A stretch of 64,000 bases of DNA, from contig JAZQHV010000026.1 of assembly GCA_045540755.1 (NCBI GenBank), forward strand, positions 2,179 to 66,178, given 5' to 3'. The position numbers and the translations under genes are program-made. Below are positions 29,452-38,645 of this stretch, piece by piece. A model generated the notes under the pieces. That model saw only the letters and a program-made list of their open reading frames with translations. It had not been told where the DNA came from and searched no databases. Positions within the stretch are counted from its first letter, which is position 1; every line of letters begins with the position of its first letter. This DNA comes from Eubacteriales bacterium. Its GTDB lineage: Bacteria > Bacillota > Clostridia > Oscillospirales > CAG-272.

Positions 29452-31851
29452 TTACTTCACAAGCGTCGCCGTGGAAGTCGCGCCGTCCCATGCCACGGTT
29501 GCGCCCATTGCCTCCGCAACCACGCGGACGGGCAGGTAGGTGCGGCCGCTTTCGATGAATGCGGGTGCATCCAACGTGACGGTCTTGCCGTTAATGGAGG
29601 CAGTCGCGGCGCCGACCTTGATGGCAATATCAATGCCGTTTCCCTTGATGGTGACCGAGGAAGTCGCGCCGTCCCAGCCGACCGTGCCGCCGAGGTTCTC
29701 GGCTACGAAGCGGACGGGGAGCATGGTTCTGCCGCTTTTGATCATGGGTGCGGCATCCAGCGCCTTGGGCTCGCCGTTGACGTAAGCGGTCTTCTGCCCG
29801 ATGGTAAGGCGAAGCTCGGTAGCGTCTCCCGTGTATTCCACGACGGTGCCGCCGTTGTTTTCAATGGTAAATGCCGCCATCGCCGCCTTGGAGAGGATGG
29901 CAGTTCCCTTTTCCTCGATCACGAGGGTAAAGGTGGGCTTGACACCCGACTTTGCAAGAAACTGCACGGTATCGGTAACGACCAGCACGCCGCCGCGGCC
30001 GACGGTGAGGGTGTTCTTCGTGCCCTCCTGGAAAAGGTGGATGTTGTCAAAGGTCAATTCACTCACGAGGGTTAGGTTGATACCGTTCTTCAGGCGCAAC
30101 GCACCTGCGGGCGCATCGGCGGGCTGTGCGTTTCTGTAGTCCACGCCGCCGTACACTGCAGTGATGGTGGTGGGACCGTAGGTCTTGGCAAAGGTGTAGT
30201 TTGCCGTGATCGCCGCTCTGCCGACCGTGACGATGGTGCCGCCGTCGGGAATGAGACCGTAGCAATGCGTAGAGAGCGTACCGAAGCTCATCTTGGGAGT
30301 CTTCGGCGTAAGACCGTCGTTGTCATTGGTCGCGGAGGAATCGTAGTACACCACGCTGACGATGCCGTTCTGCGGGCCGTTGCCGTCCACCTTGGGCGGC
30401 TCGGGAATGGCAACCGTCTCTGCTTTATGTACTGCGGGCACAGGGCACTTTGCACCCATCACCCATGCGGAAAAGTCCAGACCTGCAAAGGTGTCCTTTT
30501 TTGCCATATCGGCAAGGGAAAATGCCTTGGCACCCGAAACGTCGTATGCCTCGACGTTGACGCCGACTGCGCGGGACGAGAGGTCGGCATAGAAGCAATT
30601 TTGCAGGTGGCGGATCTCGGTGCCTGCGGTGGTGCCGATGATACCGCCCTGATTTGCGCTATTGGAAACGATACCCGAAAGGAATACGCAGTTTTCAACG
30701 TGCACGCCACGGCTTCTGCCGAGAATACCGCCTGCCGCACCCGCCTCGACAGACGCGGTCACAAGACAGTTTTCGATCACGGAGGGAGCCTCCTCGCTGC
30801 CGTCCTCACTCTGTGCATAGCCGATGATGCCGCCTGCGTAGGTGCCGCCCTTGACACTGCCCGTTACGGTGCAGTTTTTGACAAAGGAGGCAGTGCCCTT
30901 GCAAGCACTGGCACGGAGGGAGTAGCCGATGATACCGCCCGCAAACTTGTTGCTCTCGACGTTACCGCTGACAAAGCAGTTTTCGATCTGCAAAGCACTG
31001 CTTGTCTTGGAAACGATCTCGGCACGGCCTGCGATACCGCCAACGTTGGGGAAATTGGACTCGGTCTTGTTGGTGTTGGTGCCGACGAGGTTACCCGTGT
31101 TCCGACAGGCATCGAGGATGACGGCACCTGCGTTGATGCGGAGGTAGCCGACGATGCCGCCGAAGCGGGCGCGGTCGTTTGAGGTATAGGTGATGTCCGC
31201 GCGGTTTTCACAACCGTTGACCGAAACGGCAGGATGGCACTCGGTCTGCACCTGAATGCGGCCGAGCACGCCGCCGTGGTTACCGTAAGTACAAGACAGC
31301 TCGCCCTCGTTTACGCAGTCCGTGATCTCCACGGGGGCAACGCCGTAGTTGTGCGCGATGCCGACCACGCCGCCGAGATTACAGGGACCGATGACCTTGG
31401 CCTTGTTGACACAGTTGATCACAGAGGTGCCCGTCATGGCAATGCCGACCACGCCGCCCGTTGCGCAGTAGTTGCCGCCGAACTTGGTCTCGGCATTGGT
31501 GGCGGCCGCCGCGTTGCGCACCTCGCCCGCGACGGTGAGATTTTCGATGAGCGCACCCTCGGTAACGGCAAACAGACCTGCACACTCGGTGCCGATGACC
31601 TGCACGGTCACGGTAAAGCCGTTTCCGTCAAAGTGGCCGCTGTAGGGCTTTGCATAGTTACCGATGGGAAGCTGTGCCTTGCCCGTGAGGTCGATGTCCG
31701 CAGTGAGGGTAAAGTCCTCGCCCCAGCGGTTCGGATCGTTCATCACGGCAACAAGCTCCTCTGCCGTGCCGATCTTTGCCGCCGATGCGCCAAAGGCAAG
31801 CGCAAGCACAAGGATCGCCGCCAAAGCAGCGTACAAGCATACTCTTTTCAT
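29452..31851 (-). CDS. Secreted GLUG-repeat protein with C-terminal copper-amine-oxidase N-terminal (stalk) domain, copy 1
   Basis: LTADIDL, FDGNG, repeated GG(I/V)(V/I)G..NC motifs; C-term GRTMLPVRFVAENLG, GRTYLPVRVVAE; ATG 31851 after GGAGG. Confidence 0.75.
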   Translation of the reverse strand: MKRVCLYAALAAILVLALAFGASAAKIGTAEELVAVMNDPNRWGEDFTLTADIDLTGKAQLPIGNYAKPYSGHFDGNGFTVTVQVIGTECAGLFAVTEGALIENLTVAGEVRNAAAATNAETKFGGNYCATGGVVGIAMTGTSVINCVNKAKVIGPCNLGGVVGIAHNYGVAPVEITDCVNEGELSCTYGNHGGVLGRIQVQTECHPAVSVNGCENRADITYTSNDRARFGGIVGYLRINAGAVILDACRNTGNLVGTNTNKTESNFPNVGGIAGRAEIVSKTSSALQIENCFVSGNVESNKFAGGIIGYSLRASACKGTASFVKNCTVTGSVKGGTYAGGIIGYAQSEDGSEEAPSVIENCLVTASVEAGAAGGILGRSRGVHVENCVFLSGIVSNSANQGGIIGTTAGTEIRHLQNCFYADLSSRAVGVNVEAYDVSGAKAFSLADMAKKDTFAGLDFSAWVMGAKCPVPAVHKAETVAIPEPPKVDGNGPQNGIVSVVYYDSSATNDNDGLTPKTPKMSFGTLSTHCYGLIPDGGTIVTVGRAAITANYTFAKTYGPTTITAVYGGVDYRNAQPADAPAGALRLKNGINLTLVSELTFDNIHLFQEGTKNTLTVGRGGVLVVTDTVQFLAKSGVKPTFTLVIEEKGTAILSKAAMAAFTIENNGGTVVEYTGDATELRLTIGQKTAYVNGEPKALDAAPMIKSGRTMLPVRFVAENLGGTVGWDGATSSVTIKGNGIDIAIKVGAATASINGKTVTLDAPAFIESGRTYLPVRVVAEAMGATVAWDGATSTATLVK

Positions 31852-31970
31852 GGGATACCTCCGAAGAATATTTCTACAATTATATAATACCATTTCCGTT
31901 TTGCACCGTCAACTCGAAAATCCGCTTCAAAATCCGCAGTAAAAATCCACAAAGTCGGAGGGGTAAATGC

Positions 31971-32210
31971 GACAAATTATAGTTTAGCGCGTAGCGCTAA
32001 ACCGTAGGGGCGATTATAATGCGACCGCAGGTCGCTATATCGCCACGCGGGCGACCGCTGGTCGCCCCTACAATAATTTGTAAAAAGGGCGGACACGCGC
32101 CGACCTTTTTACTCCTTAAAGGGGCGCGCACGGTTGAGTGCGGCGCGAGCGAACGCCCCTCCCCACTTGAAAACGCTTGCGTTTTCAAGTGATATAACTT
32201 CCAATTTATC
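31971..32210. repeat. Two-site REP cassette E (ATAG ... GGAA)
   Basis: GACAAATTATAGTTT 31971-31985; GTAGGGGCG...GTCGCCCCTAC doublet and CACTTGAAAACGC-TT-GCGTTTTCAAGTG hairpin; AACTTCCAATTTATC 32196-32210. Confidence 0.85.
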
Positions 32211-32214
32211 GCGC

Positions 32215-32244
32215 AAAAAAAGGAAGGCTCAAGCCTTCCTTTTT
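32215..32244 (-). terminator. Intrinsic terminator
   Basis: AAAAAGGAAGGCT-CA-AGCCTTCCTTTTT, paralog of 25858-25885. Confidence 0.85.
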
Positions 32245-32254
32245 GCTTCTTTTC

Positions 32255-33742
32255 TTATTCTCCGATCGACTGCATGCTTGCGTTGATGATCTTGATCATC
32301 TGCTCTGCGGAAGTGCGATAGGTCTCGTACATCGAGGACAGAGGCGTGCGGTCGCGATGCTGTGCTTTGATCTTGGTCTCATAGCTACCGACCTTGTAAT
32401 AGGAGCCAAGGTCGTAAACACGCGTTGCAAACACGATATCCAGCATATCCACACTCTCTTCGTCGCGGACGTATCTGCCGACGAGCGACTGCTCATAGTA
32501 TGCAGGTGTCATCAGCTGGAGTCCCTGATATGCCAGCTCCTCGAGCACGATGCCGCTGCGCTCGTAATCCTTTGCCATTTCGGGCACGCAGATAAACTGC
32601 ACGTGGTACGCGCTGATGCTATGACCGTACTCCTCCTGCTCGGCGTCCATCTTGGGATACGGCAGGATGCCGAAGTCGGTCTGGCTGTCACGGTAGCGCT
32701 CTACGGCACCCATGGTCTGCATGTAGAAGAGGACGCGGCTCTCATTGAACATGGCGTCACGGTTCGTATCCCATGCGGCAGTAGAGGGCACGGTGCCGGT
32801 GTTTGCATCATACTGATAGCTGAAGCAATGCGCCTGATCGTATGCAAGCTCGCGGTAGCGGTCAAACAAGTTGACCACACGCTCGCTGTACAGTGTCAGC
32901 GCGATCTCGCCGCTCTCTTTCACCGAGCAGATCTTCTCCCCTGCCGCCGCAAGAATACCCATCCAGGCATCGTTCCAGGTCAGAATGCCGTACTTGTCCT
33001 TTTCGTCATAGATACCGTCCTGATTGACGTCCTCGCTGACCGCCTTGCCGAGGCGGGAGAAGCTCTCCAGCGTCCACTCGTTGTCGCGGACAAGCGTATA
33101 CGGGTCATCCAGTGCATATTCGTCTACGATATCCTTGTTGAAGAGGATCGCCATCGTGCAGACGTTATCGTTGAACGCAATATCGCCGGTGGTGTAATAC
33201 ATCTTGCCGCCGATCGCAAGGTCGGCGTTTGCCTTCTGATCCCAATAGGGCTTCGAAAGGTCGATGTACGGCGTATCGTTCAGGTCGTGCAGATATCCGC
33301 TGTAGGACAGGGTCGCGATATCGTATGCGCCGATCGAAGCGGCATCATACGCGCCCTCGCCTGCCATATAGTCGTTGTAAATGGTGGTAAAGCCTGTGCC
33401 GCTGCCGGTGATGGAGCCGAACTTGGAAATGTTATCGTTCACGATCTCCACGCCGTACTTTTCCGCCAGCACTGCGTTTCTGCGATGGATCGCGATCTGC
33501 ACGGCAGTTCCCTCGGAATTTCCCTCGAAGTCGTCGCGTGCGGAGTTGCCGCTGACGAGAATGCGGAATTCGCCGTCGATGTCAAGCGACTTGGGATCGG
33601 GCAGTTCGGGCGCGCCGTCATCGGGCGCATCGGTGCTGACTGCCGCATCGGAGGATGCGGTCGTCTCGGCGGGCGTGCCGCCGCATGCCGCAAGCGCAAG
33701 AAGTATTGCAAGTGCAAGAAGCGTTGCAAGAAGTTTTTTCAT
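32255..33742 (-). CDS. Extracellular solute-binding lipoprotein, paralog 4
   Basis: Lipobox LAAC; closest to 25893..27380 (GGTPAETTA, GRYVRDEES). Confidence 0.85.
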   Translation of the reverse strand: MKKLLATLLALAILLALAACGGTPAETTASSDAAVSTDAPDDGAPELPDPKSLDIDGEFRILVSGNSARDDFEGNSEGTAVQIAIHRRNAVLAEKYGVEIVNDNISKFGSITGSGTGFTTIYNDYMAGEGAYDAASIGAYDIATLSYSGYLHDLNDTPYIDLSKPYWDQKANADLAIGGKMYYTTGDIAFNDNVCTMAILFNKDIVDEYALDDPYTLVRDNEWTLESFSRLGKAVSEDVNQDGIYDEKDKYGILTWNDAWMGILAAAGEKICSVKESGEIALTLYSERVVNLFDRYRELAYDQAHCFSYQYDANTGTVPSTAAWDTNRDAMFNESRVLFYMQTMGAVERYRDSQTDFGILPYPKMDAEQEEYGHSISAYHVQFICVPEMAKDYERSGIVLEELAYQGLQLMTPAYYEQSLVGRYVRDEESVDMLDIVFATRVYDLGSYYKVGSYETKIKAQHRDRTPLSSMYETYRTSAEQMIKIINASMQSIGE

Positions 33743-33762
33743 GATAGTCTCCTTTGTAAAAA

Positions 33763-34059
33763 GAGAAATTGGAATTTGAAAGACTTTCAGTTCAAAGATC
33801 CCTCACATACGTTCGGGATGACAAGCCGAGGTTGCTTTAGGGTGCTTTAGTTTGTCATTCCGAGCAACGCGAGGAATCTGCGAACAAGAGCGATAAATTG
33901 GAAGTTGTTTGGCAAAGAACCCCTCATCACCCGCTCCGCGGGAGCTTCCCCCCAGGGGGAAGCTATTCGTGCGCTGTATTACCTTCCCCCTCGGGGGAAG
34001 GTGGCGGCGAAGCCGTCGGATGAGGGGTTTTTCGCGTCCTCTTCAAACTATAATTTATC
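33763..34059. repeat. Two-site REP cassette F (GGAA, GGAA ... ATAG)
   Basis: Sites at 33763-33777, 33892-33906, 34045-34059; cargo 1 AGATCCCTC..GGATGACA/TGTCATTCC..GGAATCT doublet; cargo 2 CCCTCATC/GGGGAAG doublet. Confidence 0.85.
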
Positions 34060-34065
34060 GTTTGT

Positions 34066-35910
34066 TCAGTCGAGAATCACGCTCGGCCAGCGGTCGGTAA
34101 CGACGGAGCTGACGCCGTTCAGCTGATCAAAGAATACACCCTCGCCGTCCACGTTCATGAGCGTGGGAGACAGCGTAAAGGAGGTCGCATTCGCGATGCC
34201 GAGAGTCGCCTTGGGCAATGCAAGCTCGATGCATACGCCCTCGTCGGTGTCGCCGTTATTATCCACGGTGCCGACCGTGCGGACGGCCGCCTTGCCGCCG
34301 TCAAACGTAGCGACGGTCGCCGCATTGCGGATCTGCGATACGGTGACCTTGCCGTCTGCCGCGATCTCCACGCGCATAAAGCGCAAAGGCGTGGTGCCGA
34401 CGTTCAGCGTAACGGTGTCGCCGCTTGTCAGATAGTTGTCGAGACGGTTGATGCAGAAGTAGACGTTGTCCTTGTCGTGCGCGGTCTGCACGGTCATCTG
34501 TGCCTGCGATGCCGAGCCGACAAAGAGCGCATCTGTATTATTCTTCCACTCGCCGTCCTTGCCGTCGAGCGTGGGGGTCATTTTCTTTGCATTGGTGCGG
34601 TGATTGAGGTAGAGGTGCGCGATCAACACGCCCGAAACGTCGGTGGTGTTGTTCAGTTTTTGCACCACGTTGATGACCTCGTGCCCCGTGATCGGCTCCA
34701 GAGCGCCCCACATGCCGTTACCGTCGCGAACAGCACGGAGCTCGAGCGGATCGAATTCTTTTCCGTCGGGCGAGCCCATCTTGTAATAGAACTTGGAGCC
34801 TGCGCCGCGGTGATAGGTCATAAGCACTTCGCCCGAGGGGAAGGTGGCAAGATACGGGCCTGCGCCGAGGTAATTCTCGCGATAGTCGCTTCCGTTTGTG
34901 GTCGCGCCGTCCTGTAGGTCGTGCTCCCAGAAGCCGCCAGGGCCGCTGACCGTGTGCGACAGCGTAAACGAGCCGCTGAGCAGTTTGACCTCAGCCGCAA
35001 GCAGAGTTCTGCCGTCGTACAGTCTCGTTGCCGAGGGCATCTGTGCACAACCCCATGGAAGCTCGCCAAGGTCGGGCTGCTCGGTATGCACCTTGTTGCC
35101 GACGAACTGGCTGAACGCCATGAAGGGCTGATAATAGTTGGTGTCACCCGGCTGAATATTCGGCGTCCAGGTGTAGCCGTTGTCGTCCGACCAGATCAGC
35201 GCGGTACCGTTGGAGCGGTGCTCGCTGTCGCGGCCGTACTTGCGAATATGATACGTACCGCAGGACCAGTAGATTTCGATACGGCCGTCCTCGCGTTGCC
35301 AGATGAAAGGCTCCCATCCCGAGCCGTAGTACACCTGCTTGTGCTCGCCCCAGGTGATCTTTCCGTCTGCACTGATCGTACCGCGGACAACGACCACGCC
35401 GCAATGCTCGGGATAGGTAGCGTAGCCCTTGCTGACGCGGATGGTGTAGGTAGCAAGGATCTCGCCGTTTTTGAGGTGCACGGCATCGGCGTTCACCGCC
35501 ATAAAGGTGTCCTTGTAGCCGTCAAAGGGCCCGCCCGAAAGGACGATCTTTTTGTCGGAATTGTCGTAGAAATACTGCGGCTTTTCCCAGTTGACGCCAT
35601 CCTTACTGGTGGTCCAGAAGATGTCGCCGCCCGTGGAAGTACCGTGGAAGAAGAGCAGATACAAGTCCTCGCGGAGCTTGAGCAATCGCGGATAATACGC
35701 CTTGTTGTACTCGGTGTAGCCCGTGGTCATGTAGTTCAGCACCACCTGCTCACGGTAATTCTCCTCCATGGAAGCAGTTTTGTAATCATCGGCAAGGTGG
35801 CTGCCCGCCGTTGCCACGGTGTTCAGCTCCTTGACGGTGGTCAGCTCTGCGGCAGAAACTGCCGTAAGCAGCAGCCATGCCGCAAGCAACAGAGTCAGAG
35901 TTTTTTTCAT
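34066..35910 (-). CDS. Secreted Asp-box sialidase-like propeller plus CBM9-like domain, copy 2
   Basis: YYPR, TSKDGVNW, SDDNGYTW; colinear with 27595..29442 (WEPFIWQR, GAGPYLATFPSGEV, WPSVILD). Confidence 0.7.
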   Translation of the reverse strand: MKKTLTLLLAAWLLLTAVSAAELTTVKELNTVATAGSHLADDYKTASMEENYREQVVLNYMTTGYTEYNKAYYPRLLKLREDLYLLFFHGTSTGGDIFWTTSKDGVNWEKPQYFYDNSDKKIVLSGGPFDGYKDTFMAVNADAVHLKNGEILATYTIRVSKGYATYPEHCGVVVVRGTISADGKITWGEHKQVYYGSGWEPFIWQREDGRIEIYWSCGTYHIRKYGRDSEHRSNGTALIWSDDNGYTWTPNIQPGDTNYYQPFMAFSQFVGNKVHTEQPDLGELPWGCAQMPSATRLYDGRTLLAAEVKLLSGSFTLSHTVSGPGGFWEHDLQDGATTNGSDYRENYLGAGPYLATFPSGEVLMTYHRGAGSKFYYKMGSPDGKEFDPLELRAVRDGNGMWGALEPITGHEVINVVQKLNNTTDVSGVLIAHLYLNHRTNAKKMTPTLDGKDGEWKNNTDALFVGSASQAQMTVQTAHDKDNVYFCINRLDNYLTSGDTVTLNVGTTPLRFMRVEIAADGKVTVSQIRNAATVATFDGGKAAVRTVGTVDNNGDTDEGVCIELALPKATLGIANATSFTLSPTLMNVDGEGVFFDQLNGVSSVVTDRWPSVILD

Positions 35911-35919
35911 GGCGCCTCC

Positions 35920-38319
35920 TTATTTCGTGAGGGTTGCCGTGGAGGTCGCACCGTCCCAGGCTACGGTTGCGCCCATTGCCTCCGCAACCACGCGGACGGG
36001 CAGGTAGGTACGGCTGTTTTCAATAAAGGCAGGCGCATCCAGCTTGACGGTCTTGCCGTTGATCCATGCGGTGTCCGCGCCGACCTTGATAGCAATGTCG
36101 ATGTTATCGCCCTTGATGGTGACCGAGGAGGTCGTGCCGTCCCAACCCACCGTGCCGCCGAGATTCTCGGCTACAAAGCGGACGGGAAGCATCGTTCTGC
36201 CGCTCTTGATGACGGGTGCCGCATCCAGTGTCTTTGCACTGCCGTTGACGTAGCCCGTGAGCTTGCCGATGGTGAGCTTCAGTTCAGTGCCGCCCGCATA
36301 CTCGGTGACAAGTCCTCCCTCGTTGACGATGGTGAACTTCTGCATTGCCTCCTTGGAGAGGATCGCGGTTGCGCCCTCCTCTACGACCAGCTTGTAGTGG
36401 TAGTCGAGGCCGGGCTTGGAGAGAAGCTGTACGGTGTCGGTAACGACAAGGTTGCCACCGTTCTGCACGAGGATGGTGTTCTGATTGCCCATCTGGAACA
36501 GGATGATGTTGTCGAAGGTGAGGTCACTGCAAAGAGTGAGCGTGAGGCCGCTGTTGATATTGAAGCAACCTGCGGGCTTGTCTGCGGGCAGAGGATTGCG
36601 GTAGTCCACGCCGTCCCATACAGAGGTGATGGTGACGGGGCCGTAGGTCTTGGCGAAGGTGTAGTTGGAGGGGATATTGGAGTTGCCCACGCAGACGATG
36701 ACGCCGCCGTTCTGAATCATGCTGTACAGATGCGTGGACATCGTGCCGAAGGTCTGCTTGGGGGTCTTCGGCGTGAGTCCGTCGTTATCGTTGGTGGCGT
36801 CGCGGTCGTGGAATACGACCGTGGGGCTTCCCTCTGCGGGGCCGTCGCCCTCCACTTCAAACTGGGAGAGGTCGCCGACGGTGATGATGATCTCCACGTT
36901 CTGCATTGCCTTGGGAACGGGGCATTTGTCGCCCATGACCCACGTATCAAAGTTCAGTGAGCCAAAGGTCTCCTTTTTCGCGGCCGCCTTGGTATCAAAC
37001 GCCGCACTGCCGCTGTCGGTGTTGGTCTCCGCGATGGTGCCCGTTGCGGCGCGGTTGATGTTCGGATAATAGGAAGCGCTGATGTCGCAGGGGATCGCGC
37101 CTGCGGCAACGCCGACAAGACCGCCCATGCCAGCCTGCGAGTACGCACGGCTGACCGAGATGCAGTTGATGACGTTCACGCCGCGCTGACGGCCGAGCAT
37201 ACCGCCGCCCGCGCTGACACCGTCCACAGGCGCGGTGTTCAGACAGTTCTGTACGGTGACCGCAGTCTGCGAATCGGTGTAGGCAACGATACCGCCCGCC
37301 TGCGCGCCGGTACTCGTGACCGTGCCGACATTCACGCAGTTATCGTAGATCACCTCATAGAATTTGCCCTCGGCACCGATGCCGTGGTAGCCGGTGATAC
37401 CGCCCGCATAGCGAGAGGAAAGAATATTACCCTTGTTGTAGCAGTTGATAACGTCCATGCCTGCGCTGATGTGCGACTGCACCTCCGAGCGGCCGACGAT
37501 ACCGCCGAGCGATACGTAGTGCGTGGAGGAGGAAGCATTGTTCTGCGCGTCGAGATTACCGTAGTTCGCACAGCCCTCGATATGTACCGAGCCCTGATTG
37601 ATACGCAGGTAGCCGGCGATACCGCCGCAACGTGCGCGGTCGGTGGAGGTGTAGGTGATATCGGCGTAGTTTGTGCAGTTCAGCACCGTGAGCGCGGGGG
37701 CTGCGGCGTTGGTCATACGGCCTCTGCCGATGATGCCGCCGAGGTTACCGTATGCGCAGGTGAAAGTGCCGCGGTTGACACAGTCCACAACGGTGACGGC
37801 AGACGTGCCGCCGTGCGCAACGATGCCGATGATACCGCCCACGTTACAGGGGCCGATGACGGTTGCCTCGTTGGTACATTTCTCTACGGTTACGCCCTGA
37901 AACGCAGTGCCGACGACGGCGCCGACAGCCACGTAGTAGTCGCCCACCTTGACCTCCGCATTCTGTGCGGGATAGTTACACTGTACGGTGCCCTTGACCG
38001 TAACGTTCATGATCGTGGCATCCTTTGCCGCACCGATGAGACCGACCGTGCCGTTCATCGACACGAGGTTCAACGTAACGGTGTGTCCCTTGCCGTCAAA
38101 GGTGCCGGTATACGGCTTTTCAAACGTGCCGATCGGCTGCTGTACCTTGCCGCTAAGGTCGATGTCTGCCGTCAGCGTGATGTCCTCGTCCCAGCGAGAG
38201 GTGTCGGACATGATGGCGACAAGCTCGTCGGCAGTGCCGACGTTTACTGCCGATGCCGTGAGCAGCATTGCCGCCGCAAGCACAAGCATAAGCCAAGCGA
38301 AAGAAAAAAGCTTTTTCAT
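35920..38319 (-). CDS. Secreted GLUG-repeat protein with stalk domain, copy 2
   Basis: Colinear with 29452..31851 (ATNDNDGLTPKTPK, near-identical C-terminus); ATG 38319. Confidence 0.75.
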   Translation of the reverse strand: MKKLFSFAWLMLVLAAAMLLTASAVNVGTADELVAIMSDTSRWDEDITLTADIDLSGKVQQPIGTFEKPYTGTFDGKGHTVTLNLVSMNGTVGLIGAAKDATIMNVTVKGTVQCNYPAQNAEVKVGDYYVAVGAVVGTAFQGVTVEKCTNEATVIGPCNVGGIIGIVAHGGTSAVTVVDCVNRGTFTCAYGNLGGIIGRGRMTNAAAPALTVLNCTNYADITYTSTDRARCGGIAGYLRINQGSVHIEGCANYGNLDAQNNASSSTHYVSLGGIVGRSEVQSHISAGMDVINCYNKGNILSSRYAGGITGYHGIGAEGKFYEVIYDNCVNVGTVTSTGAQAGGIVAYTDSQTAVTVQNCLNTAPVDGVSAGGGMLGRQRGVNVINCISVSRAYSQAGMGGLVGVAAGAIPCDISASYYPNINRAATGTIAETNTDSGSAAFDTKAAAKKETFGSLNFDTWVMGDKCPVPKAMQNVEIIITVGDLSQFEVEGDGPAEGSPTVVFHDRDATNDNDGLTPKTPKQTFGTMSTHLYSMIQNGGVIVCVGNSNIPSNYTFAKTYGPVTITSVWDGVDYRNPLPADKPAGCFNINSGLTLTLCSDLTFDNIILFQMGNQNTILVQNGGNLVVTDTVQLLSKPGLDYHYKLVVEEGATAILSKEAMQKFTIVNEGGLVTEYAGGTELKLTIGKLTGYVNGSAKTLDAAPVIKSGRTMLPVRFVAENLGGTVGWDGTTSSVTIKGDNIDIAIKVGADTAWINGKTVKLDAPAFIENSRTYLPVRVVAEAMGATVAWDGATSTATLTK

Positions 38320-38430
38320 GGAAACCACCTCATTGTATAGTTTTCTATCATAATTATATAATAGAACACGTTCCGCTTCAACACAAAGTTTTTTGTAAAA
38401 ATCCGTACCTCTCATCGGACAAAGCGAAAA

Positions 38431-38613
38431 GATAGATTATAGTTTAAAAAGTACCAATCCCTCAGTCAGCTAACGCTGACAGCTCCCTTTACACAAGGGA
38501 GCCTTGGTTTGATCGTATTTTAGCCTCCCTTGTGTAAAGGGAGGTGGCGCCGACAGGCGACGGAAGGATTGGTCTATACCAAACTAACTCCCCTTTCAAC
38601 TTCCCAATTTATC
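38431..38613. repeat. Two-site REP cassette G (ATAG ... GGGAA variant)
   Basis: GATAGATTATAGTTT 38431-38445; CTCCCTTTACACAAGGGAG doublet; AACTTCCCAATTTATC 38598-38613. Confidence 0.85.
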
Positions 38614-38617
38614 TTGC

Positions 38618-38645
38618 AAAAAAGCACCCTTTCGGGTGCTTTTTT
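38618..38645 (-). terminator. Intrinsic terminator
   Basis: AAAAAAGCACCCTTTCGGGTGCTTTTTT, identical to 3904-3931. Confidence 0.85.
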
